Of a DNA stretch of 34,682 nt, positions 17,136 to 23,469 are shown piece by piece. The position numbers and the translations under genes are program-made. The stretch's first letter is position 1. Each line of letters begins with the position of its first letter. The notes below the pieces were generated by a model, which worked only from the letters and a program-made list of their open reading frames with translations, was not told the DNA's origin and searched no databases. Source of the DNA: a virus (Duplodnaviria > Caudoviricetes); the IMG/VR virus record IMGVR_UViG_3300020463_000061, positions 1-34,682 of that record; one strand, 5' to 3'.

Positions 17136-17184
17136 CCGTAACGGGATGCGTGTCCCGTCTGATGATACCAAAAGGTTGAAACGG
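17136..17184 (+). ncRNA. Type III hammerhead ribozyme 2 (cleavage after GUA, A17140)
   Basis: CCGUA | ACGGGAU-GCGU-GUCCCGU | CUGAUGA | U-ACC-AAAA-GGU-U | GAAA | CGG. Confidence 0.85.
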
Positions 17185-17203
17185 AAACTTTAAATTTAAT
17201 ACA

Positions 17204-17407
17204 ATGATAAAATATCCGAGTATCTATGAAATAGTAGGACCGTGGTCCAATGAAGAAACCACACAATGTGTTATTGAAAAAATACACACCGAGAGTTATG
17301 AAACCAACAAAGGTTACATCAACAAGAATTATTGTTTTTGTAATGCAGCCACCGCAAAAGTTGGCGACGAGATAAAAGTAAAGAAAAGATTTTTGCAAAA
17401 CTTTTAA
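17204..17407 (+). CDS. Hypothetical 67-aa early protein
   Basis: ATG 20 nt after hammerhead 2 in an A/T-rich leader. Confidence 0.65.
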   Translation: MIKYPSIYEIVGPWSNEETTQCVIEKIHTESYETNKGYINKNYCFCNAATAKVGDEIKVKKRFLQNF

Positions 17408-17408
17408 T

Positions 17409-17582
17409 ATGGAAGCGCTAAAGTCTTATACAATTTACTACAAAGGAAAGCCCGTCTCAAGAGAGGCGGGTTATACCAAGTACCACGCCCTAGACAAAGC
17501 GTATACAAATTTGTCTCAAAAGTACAAAGGCATCGAGAGAAAAAACCTAGACACCCAAAAAAATAAGTTTGGTTATGTCTAA
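17409..17582 (+). CDS. Hypothetical 57-aa protein (not in ORF track)
   Basis: MEALKSYTIYYKGKPVSREAGYTKYHALDKAYTNLSQKYKGIERKNLDTQKNKFGYV. Confidence 0.55.
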   Translation: MEALKSYTIYYKGKPVSREAGYTKYHALDKAYTNLSQKYKGIERKNLDTQKNKFGYV

Positions 17583-17599
17583 ATTTTGTCGTATCTTTG
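17568..17599 (+). promoter_or_regulatory. Early promoter TTTG-N20-TATCTTTG
   Basis: Canonical Bacteroidota elements upstream of the GATase gene. Confidence 0.75.
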
Positions 17600-17619
17600 T
17601 TTAATGTTAATCGAGTTCT

Positions 17620-17635
17620 GTGTCTTTAAAGACAC
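17620..17635. repeat. Perfect palindrome GTGTCTTTAAAGACAC
   Basis: Between promoter and ATG (operator-like position). Confidence 0.95.
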
Positions 17636-17654
17636 CGCTCACAAATTTAATTTT

Positions 17655-18743
17655 ATGTGTATAATTATAATCAAACAGAAAGGCAAAGTTGTGCCTAGAG
17701 AAATCCTCAAAACATCTTCAAGAATCAATCCTCACGGGTTGGGCATCGTTTGGCTCGACACATTCGAGACCACGTACCACAAGTCAAAAGAGTTCAAAGT
17801 ATTGGACAACGACAGACCTTACATCGCTCACTTTAGATACGCAACAGTTGGGAAAGTTTGCAGAGCAAACACACACCCGTTTGTATGTGGACATAACAAA
17901 GACGAGTTGTTTATGATGAACGGTACGGTTCACGGTTACGGTAATAAGAATATGACAGACACCGAGGACCTAGCAATAAAGTTGGGCAGAACACCACGTC
18001 ACACGTGGAAACAATCACTTGCCAAGTTCGATGCACGGTTCGTTGCAATCAACACACGCACACGGTCGTTTCAAATCTTTAACAAGCACCTCTACACATT
18101 GAGAGACGGGGTTTGGTATTCAAAGACCAACGTTCTACAAGACAACCTAATGGCAGTCTATGGAACATTGCGAAAGGGTAACGGTAATTATTACCGTTAC
18201 TTGCGTAATGCAAAGCACATCGGAACCGGCAAGACCAAATACAAATACCCTATGATAAGCAACGGTATACCGTATGTCATACCCGAAAAGGGAAAGGGTC
18301 ACAACGTAGTTGTTGACGTGTTCAAAGTCAGTGAAACCACGTTGCAGAAGGTGGACGGTTTGGAAGGTCATCCGAAGTGGTACAAGCGGAGACAGATACT
18401 CGTTGAGGTTAACGGCAAGGAGTACCCGTGTTGGTTGTATTTCAACGACGGAGCAAGAACGCAGTGGAACGGGTCAAACCACATTGCTGACTTTAACAAC
18501 AGACCAAAGCCAAAATACACCTATCACACATATCACGCACCAACAAAGGACGTGTACAAATTTGAAGATGCAGCACCCGTGTGTACTCAAATAGATATGT
18601 ATAATGAGTTTGACCGCAGCAAAGAAAAACCAATTTGCATTGACTGTTATCACGACCTAGAGTTTGACGGGTTTGCTAACTATCATTGCAATGGTTGTGA
18701 CGGTTGGTTCACGGAAGAAGAAGTGTTACGTTTCCAAGATTAA
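17655..18743 (+). CDS. Class II glutamine amidotransferase fused to gamma-glutamylcyclotransferase and a C-terminal Zn ribbon
   Basis: True start MCIII (N-terminal Cys nucleophile); NPHGLG, AHFRYATVG, NTHPF, MNG, TDTE; then AVYGTLRKG.GN...VDGLEGHP.WY.R; CxxC...CxxC tail. Confidence 0.85.
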   Translation: MCIIIIKQKGKVVPREILKTSSRINPHGLGIVWLDTFETTYHKSKEFKVLDNDRPYIAHFRYATVGKVCRANTHPFVCGHNKDELFMMNGTVHGYGNKNMTDTEDLAIKLGRTPRHTWKQSLAKFDARFVAINTRTRSFQIFNKHLYTLRDGVWYSKTNVLQDNLMAVYGTLRKGNGNYYRYLRNAKHIGTGKTKYKYPMISNGIPYVIPEKGKGHNVVVDVFKVSETTLQKVDGLEGHPKWYKRRQILVEVNGKEYPCWLYFNDGARTQWNGSNHIADFNNRPKPKYTYHTYHAPTKDVYKFEDAAPVCTQIDMYNEFDRSKEKPICIDCYHDLEFDGFANYHCNGCDGWFTEEEVLRFQD

Positions 18744-18756
18744 CCAAAGTAGGCTC

Positions 18757-18772
18757 GTGTCTTTAAAGACAC
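18757..18772. repeat. Perfect palindrome GTGTCTTTAAAGACAC, extended hairpin 18749-18779
   Basis: Hairpin base overlaps stem III of hammerhead 3. Confidence 0.95.
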
Positions 18773-18776
18773 GGGC

Positions 18777-18829
18777 TACCGTTCAGGAATGTGTATTCCT
18801 GCTGATGAAGTCGAAAGACAGAAACGGTA
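18777..18829 (+). ncRNA. Type III hammerhead ribozyme 3 (cleavage after GUU, U18783)
   Basis: UACCGUU | CAGGAAU-GUGU-AUUCCUG | CUGAUGA | A-GUC-GAAA-GAC-A | GAAA | CGGUA. Confidence 0.85.
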
Positions 18830-18847
18830 ATCTTATAATAAAAAATT

Positions 18848-18982
18848 ATGAAACATAAAAGACAAGAACTGATAAACGAAATAGAAATTCTAAAACAACA
18901 CTTAATTGATATTGATGATGTAGATACAAACCCAAACGCAACGGAAGTATTAAATGATGTTATTAACGAACTAAAAAAATAA
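18848..18982 (+). CDS. Hypothetical 44-aa protein (not in ORF track)
   Basis: MKHKRQELINEIEILKQHLIDIDDVDTNPNATEVLNDVINELKK, directly after hammerhead 3. Confidence 0.6.
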   Translation: MKHKRQELINEIEILKQHLIDIDDVDTNPNATEVLNDVINELKK

Positions 18983-18986
18983 TCAA

Positions 18987-19229
18987 ATGATAACAATAGA
19001 ACAAATAAAAAGAATCGCAGACGACATCAAAGCTGATGATGAATGGGTAAACGATAGCCACTCAGCAGCAGAACACAAAGGAGTAAGAATGGGCTTAGAA
19101 ATGCTTGTAAGACACCTAGAAGAATCAAAACCAAAAAAAACACAACCGAAATGGTGGAGCAAAGCAGATAAAGAAATAAAAGACGGATATTGGTGGGTAA
19201 AATTATCTGACATAAAATTTGGAAAGTAA
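18987..19229 (+). CDS. Hypothetical protein
   Basis: 80 aa; AATCAAATG start context. Confidence 0.65.
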   Translation: MITIEQIKRIADDIKADDEWVNDSHSAAEHKGVRMGLEMLVRHLEESKPKKTQPKWWSKADKEIKDGYWWVKLSDIKFGK

Positions 19230-19272
19230 TTTTAAATACACTATCTTTAGACAAACGTTAAACTTAAATCAA

Positions 19273-19434
19273 ATGGAAATCGAATACACTAACGTACGAT
19301 ACCGCTCCCTAGACACGGGACACAGAGTAATTGAAAACAAAAGCACGGGCGAATGGACTGACGTAGTAACAAAACGTAAGGTCCCGACATATCGTGTACA
19401 TAAATACATATCACTAACATCAAAACCTATATAA
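19273..19434 (+). CDS. Hypothetical protein
   Basis: Likely start MEIEY after TTAAATCAA. Confidence 0.55.
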   Translation: MEIEYTNVRYRSLDTGHRVIENKSTGEWTDVVTKRKVPTYRVHKYISLTSKPI

Positions 19435-19435
19435 A

Positions 19436-19654
19436 ATGGACAATACATTTAACTTTATGAAAACCTTTTTGGCAATGGGAGAATTGACCGAAAACAAAAA
19501 CACCACAATCGCAGACAAAGTAAAATACAAGCAGCGAATTGTGTTTGCTACAATGAAAAGTTTAATACCACATTGGGAAGCACCAAGTGATTGGGATAAA
19601 ATTTCTGACGAGGATAAATTAAAAAGATTAATTCAAATTGAAAAAACAATTTAA
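19436..19654 (+). CDS. Hypothetical protein
   Basis: 72-aa ORF in a tightly packed operon. Confidence 0.65.
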   Translation: MDNTFNFMKTFLAMGELTENKNTTIADKVKYKQRIVFATMKSLIPHWEAPSDWDKISDEDKLKRLIQIEKTI

Positions 19655-19657
19655 AAT

Positions 19658-19906
19658 ATGGCGACACTAATAAAATCAAGCGGTCAACATATTGACGACT
19701 ATCCGTCCGACACTTTAGAGCAAATGCAAAAAGCGGTTGGCGGATATATTGAACCGGTCTACACTAATAACAAGGTAGTAGTGGTAGACGAAGAAGGTTT
19801 GTTAAAAAATCTACCTTTAAACATTGAGGTCTCTGCACTTGTAGGAAAGATGATAGTAGGAAATGCTATTGTCTTTACCCACAAAGAATGGAGAGACCGC
19901 AACTAA
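19658..19906 (+). CDS. DUF3846-like protein
   Basis: LEQMQKAVGGYIE.V...VVDEEGLLKNLPLN..IVGNAI motif. Confidence 0.75.
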   Translation: MATLIKSSGQHIDDYPSDTLEQMQKAVGGYIEPVYTNNKVVVVDEEGLLKNLPLNIEVSALVGKMIVGNAIVFTHKEWRDRN

Positions 19907-19916
19907 ATTAAATCAA

Positions 19917-20276
19917 ATGAAAGCAATATATTTAAAGGAGGCATCTGCAGAAAAGATGCGACCAAACCCACACAAGGGATACATACAAAGACTGCAACGC
20001 ATGGCAGACAAAGAGAAGCCATTGACATTTAGTGTCTTTAAAGACACGGGTACTATTTATAGCAGACAAGATTATGAAAAAGACAACGGAAACTTTTGCG
20101 GTCATCAATTATTAGACGACACTGCAACTATTATTGTTTACATTGGTTGTACGATTATTGAGTGCAACAAAAATAGTGAGTGGTCAGTTCAAATTGGTCA
20201 AGACATTCACAAAAGTAAAGACGTGGAGGAAGTAGAAAAAAAGTTATATGAATTTTATTTATCAGAAGTATCATAA
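19917..20276 (+). CDS. Hypothetical protein
   Basis: Likely start MKAIY after TTAAATCAA. Confidence 0.6.
   Translation: MKAIYLKEASAEKMRPNPHKGYIQRLQRMADKEKPLTFSVFKDTGTIYSRQDYEKDNGNFCGHQLLDDTATIIVYIGCTIIECNKNSEWSVQIGQDIHKSKDVEEVEKKLYEFYLSEVS
20032..20047. repeat. Perfect palindrome GTGTCTTTAAAGACAC (intragenic)
   Basis: Exact match. Confidence 0.95.
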
Positions 20277-20605
20277 TGGACACAACAGAACTAATTAAAG
20301 ACGAGGCAAATAAAATCATAAATCTTTTACTTGAAAAGAACAAGGCTTATGGCGACACCGCTAACAACCCCCCGCAAATCTTCAGCAAACTAGAGGCAGT
20401 CGAGGGATTGTGTGCAAGGATAGACGACAAACTATCTAGGATAAAAACCAAGGGCATAACAGACCTAACAGAAGATACGGTATCCGACTTGATTGGATAC
20501 CTTATTTTGTTAAAGGTGCAACTAAGAAAGCAAGACGAAATAATAAAAGAAAAACTCATTGCTAAAAAGAATGAGAAAAGAACATTCCCTATTTTATTTT
20601 ACTAA
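20276..20605 (+). CDS. Nucleotide modification associated domain 1 (DUF1599-like) protein
   Basis: LLEKNKAYGD...RIDDKLSRI...EDTVSDLIGYLIL. Confidence 0.7.
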   Translation: MDTTELIKDEANKIINLLLEKNKAYGDTANNPPQIFSKLEAVEGLCARIDDKLSRIKTKGITDLTEDTVSDLIGYLILLKVQLRKQDEIIKEKLIAKKNEKRTFPILFY

Positions 20606-20610
20606 AAAAA

Positions 20611-20642
20611 TTTGCACAATAAATAGACAATCGTTATATTTA
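20611..20642 (+). promoter_or_regulatory. Promoter TTTG-N20-TATATTTA
   Basis: Near-canonical Bacteroidota promoter heading the recombination block. Confidence 0.55.
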
Positions 20643-20663
20643 CTTAATCAAAAATCAAATCAA

Positions 20664-20864
20664 ATGGCACAGTCAAAAAAAATGTTTCACGAAATGCGTG
20701 AACAAAATCAGGACCACATCGACGACGAATATAGATATGAAATGTGGATGGGTCAGCTTAATAACAAAAGCAAAATTAATAATGTTAAATCCGCTAAAGA
20801 AGAACTAGACGATTTGTTTGAAACGTTTGGAAGAATCTTTGGCAACATAAATAAAATTCAATGA
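20664..20864 (+). CDS. Hypothetical protein
   Basis: Likely start MAQSKK after AATCAAATCAA. Confidence 0.6.
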   Translation: MAQSKKMFHEMREQNQDHIDDEYRYEMWMGQLNNKSKINNVKSAKEELDDLFETFGRIFGNINKIQ

Positions 20865-21148
20865 AAGAAAAAGCATTCGATGAATACGTAACAAAAGTTT
20901 GTGACCTATTCAACTTAACTCCATCAGAGTTATTTACAAAATCAAAACGCAGAGATATAGTAGATGCCAGGCATCTACTATATTTCTTATGTTATAAGAG
21001 ACCTATGCAGATACGTTATATCCAAGAGTATATGGGTTCCAACGGTTATCAAGTGGGACATTCAACAATCATTCACGGCATTGAGCAAGTGAAAGAAAAA
21101 GTAACTGAGGATAACGATTATGAACTCACCTTCAATCAACTTGCTTAA
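20861..21148 (+). CDS. DnaA domain IV-like helix-turn-helix protein
   Basis: KSKRRDIVDARHLLYFLC...GHSTIIHGIEQV matches the DnaA C-terminal pattern. Confidence 0.75.
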   Translation: MKEKAFDEYVTKVCDLFNLTPSELFTKSKRRDIVDARHLLYFLCYKRPMQIRYIQEYMGSNGYQVGHSTIIHGIEQVKEKVTEDNDYELTFNQLA

Positions 21149-21581
21149 TTATTCACCACAAGATATTATGCAACAAGCAATAGAAGATAACTACGCAGTC
21201 GACGTAAGCGGAGACGGATACGTAGGTAAAATTTTATTCGGTTGTAAAATATCTATGGATAATGAAAGCGAGGAGGTTTTAATTCAATCTACAACGATGG
21301 GTGGCGAATATTACAAAGAAGTTCCGGCAGATATATATGAAACTTTTTTAATAAAAGGTTGGAGAATTGGTGTCTATGAATTATCTTTGTCTAACTATCG
21401 TATAAAACTTGATAGGATTGAGCAGAGTATAAAGACCGAAGTTAACGGCAGAAAAAACCCGAAACAAATTCAGTCACTTAAAGCCTCAAGAGAAAGTGTC
21501 TTAAAAAGATACAGTAAAATTAAATATAAATTAAATCAAATATCAAATGGCAAAATTAAAAACAGTCAACATCAAAGGTAA
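21120..21581 (+). CDS. Hypothetical protein
   Basis: 153-aa ORF; start uncertain. Confidence 0.65.
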   Translation: MNSPSINLLNYSPQDIMQQAIEDNYAVDVSGDGYVGKILFGCKISMDNESEEVLIQSTTMGGEYYKEVPADIYETFLIKGWRIGVYELSLSNYRIKLDRIEQSIKTEVNGRKNPKQIQSLKASRESVLKRYSKIKYKLNQISNGKIKNSQHQR

Positions 21582-22071
21582 AGAGTATGTTGAAGTAAAT
21601 GAAAGACTTATTTATTTCAGAAAAAACTTTCCAAACTATTCACTAACATCAGAAGTTCTTGACAAGACAGATAATTCAATCTTAATAATGGCAAGGATTA
21701 TGAACGAAGCGGGACAAATAATTTCTTGTGGAGTTGCCGAAGAGATAAAAGGCAGCACGTTTATAAACAAGACCTCGTATGTAGAGAACTGCGAGACCTC
21801 AGCTTGGGGCAGAGCCTTAGCAAACTTTGGTATAGGTCTCGACACATCAGTTGCCTCAGCAGAGGAAGTATCTAATGCTATTGCTAATTCAGGTGTGTCT
21901 TCAAAGACACCAAAGAAACCATCACTAAAAATGGGTACTGCTAATTGGGTCAAAGCACAGAAGTGGATTGAAGCCAACAAAAGCAAAGGCATAGACAGTC
22001 TTGTTAATACCTTAGAGACCAAGTACACTGTTACTCCAAAAGTCAAATCAGAAATCGCTAAACTTTTATAA
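21547..22071 (+). CDS. Putative single-strand annealing protein (Rad52/Sak/ERF-like)
   Basis: IKGKEYVEVNERL...INKTSYVENCETSAWGRALA..GIG; followed by exonuclease and SSB. Confidence 0.6.
   Translation: MAKLKTVNIKGKEYVEVNERLIYFRKNFPNYSLTSEVLDKTDNSILIMARIMNEAGQIISCGVAEEIKGSTFINKTSYVENCETSAWGRALANFGIGLDTSVASAEEVSNAIANSGVSSKTPKKPSLKMGTANWVKAQKWIEANKSKGIDSLVNTLETKYTVTPKVKSEIAKLL
21895..21910. repeat. 16-bp palindrome variant GTGTCTTCAAAGACAC (intragenic)
   Basis: One mismatch. Confidence 0.85.
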
Positions 22072-22072
22072 T

Positions 22073-22825
22073 ATGACACAAGAGATAATCAATCAGCTAA
22101 AAAACGACAACGAATACTATAACGGTATTGGTAGACAGTTCCTTTCTAATTCAGACATAGGGACACTACTCTCTAACCCTAAAGAATTTGGAGCCAAGAG
22201 AGAAGATAGCAAAGCATTTGCTATGGGCAGATACTTCCATCAACTTTTTTTAGAGCCTGAGAAGGCAATGGAATGGGACTTTATTGATGTTGCTTCACGT
22301 AACACTAAAAAGTATAAAGAGTATGTAGCAGAGTTATCTGCGAACAGTTCAAGACCTAGAGACTTTGCTTTGCTTTTAAAAGAAAAAAGAGAAGTAGAGT
22401 TTTGGGTTGAGGCAATGAAAACTAATCTTGATTTTTTTGATTGGATATATTCAGACGACAATAAGTTTGAAGTTCCCGCAGTAAAAGAAATATGCGGAGA
22501 AGTATGGAAAGGAAAGGCTGACATCGTCGGCAAAGATTTTTTATATGACCTTAAAACTACAAGTTCCATTTCAGATTTTAAATGGAATAGTCGTAAGTAT
22601 AATTACGACAGTCAAGCATTTATTTATCAATCATTATTTGGTAAGCCAATGATGTTTCTCGTTATAGACAAGACGAGTTTGATGATGGGTGCATTCACTG
22701 TTAGTGATGAAAGTTTAGAAAGAGGTAAACGAAAAGTAGAAAAAGCAGTAGAGGTTTACCGAACATTCTTTGGAGACAATCCCACAGAAGATATTAACCA
22801 ATTTTATTTTAATGAAGAAGTTTAA
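22073..22825 (+). CDS. PD-(D/E)XK exonuclease (RecE/ExoVIII, DUF3799-like)
   Basis: LSNSDI, GRYFH..FLEP, KGKADI...YDLKTT, YNYDSQAFIY. Confidence 0.8.
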   Translation: MTQEIINQLKNDNEYYNGIGRQFLSNSDIGTLLSNPKEFGAKREDSKAFAMGRYFHQLFLEPEKAMEWDFIDVASRNTKKYKEYVAELSANSSRPRDFALLLKEKREVEFWVEAMKTNLDFFDWIYSDDNKFEVPAVKEICGEVWKGKADIVGKDFLYDLKTTSSISDFKWNSRKYNYDSQAFIYQSLFGKPMMFLVIDKTSLMMGAFTVSDESLERGKRKVEKAVEVYRTFFGDNPTEDINQFYFNEEV

Positions 22826-22976
22826 ACAATTGCTCGTGTCTTTAAAGACACGGCTAACAAAAAAGAAACGTGTTCACATAGTGGAAGTTCCAATGACTTG
22901 TGAGACTCGTGCCGAGAAAAGAAGTATAATCTCCGCAACAAAAAAACTATTGGAACAAAACATAATAATTATATAA
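22812..22976 (+). CDS. Hypothetical 54-aa protein
   Basis: Bridges exonuclease and SSB with TAATG coupling. Confidence 0.5.
   Translation: MKKFKQLLVSLKTRLTKKKRVHIVEVPMTCETRAEKRSIISATKKLLEQNIIII
22836..22851. repeat. Perfect palindrome GTGTCTTTAAAGACAC
   Basis: Exact match just after the exonuclease stop. Confidence 0.95.
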
Positions 22977-23254
22977 TGGCACAAGCTAATAATAACGACG
23001 AGAAAATATTTGCCGACGGATTCTCGTTTAAAAGACAAGAAAATGCTCCCGACTTTGTTGTCGGTAGAGTATCGGTAAAATGTGACGATGCAGTTTCGTT
23101 TATGAAGAAGCATCAAAAAAATGGGTGGATAAATATGAACATCAAGTATGCCAAGAGTGGTAATCCATACATGGAACTTGATACATGGACACCCGAAAAC
23201 AAAAAGGCAGAACCCGTTGCAACTCCGGTTGAAGGGGACGGACTACCTTTTTAA
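22976..23254 (+). CDS. Putative single-stranded DNA-binding protein
   Basis: Small beta-rich protein with acidic C-terminal ...EGDGLPF tail; recombination context. Confidence 0.6.
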   Translation: MAQANNNDEKIFADGFSFKRQENAPDFVVGRVSVKCDDAVSFMKKHQKNGWINMNIKYAKSGNPYMELDTWTPENKKAEPVATPVEGDGLPF

Positions 23255-23273
23255 ATTAGAGTTATTCATTTTC

Positions 23274-23301
23274 AGGGGGGATGAAAGTCTCCCCTTTTTT
23301 T
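23274..23301 (+). terminator. Intrinsic terminator
   Basis: GGGGGGAT-GAAA-GTCTCCCC followed by T7. Confidence 0.85.
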
Positions 23302-23311
23302 GACCCAACTC

Positions 23312-23460
23312 TGCTGACTTTTGTCCGCTACAATCTCTTAATTATATTTATTATTTATTATTTTATTTTTTAATACAAGAGAAAAAAGTAAACAAAGTAA
23401 GCAACTCATTGAAAATCAGACAGAAAGAAAGCATAAAGTAAGCACAAGTAAAGCACAAAC
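23312..23460 (+). repeat. Origin-like element B upstream of the primase-helicase
   Basis: AT tract; TAAACA/TAAGCA at 23389, 23398; TTGAAAATCAG at 23409; WAAGCA at 23428, 23439, 23450. Confidence 0.65.
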
Positions 23461-23469
23461 ATCTAAATT

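Noticed and set aside
17450-17471. Hairpin GCCCGTCTC-AAGA-GAGGCGGGT as a terminator
   Set aside because: Lies inside a plausible ORF and lacks a U-tract; function unsupported
17586-17654. ORF-track N-terminal extension of the GATase (and 16815-16874 of the membrane ORF)
   Set aside because: These overlap promoter, palindrome or ribozyme; class II GATases need the Cys at the N-terminus (start 17655)
21496-21512. GTGTCTTAAAAAGATAC as a 13th palindrome copy
   Set aside because: One extra base and a mismatch; too degenerate to count
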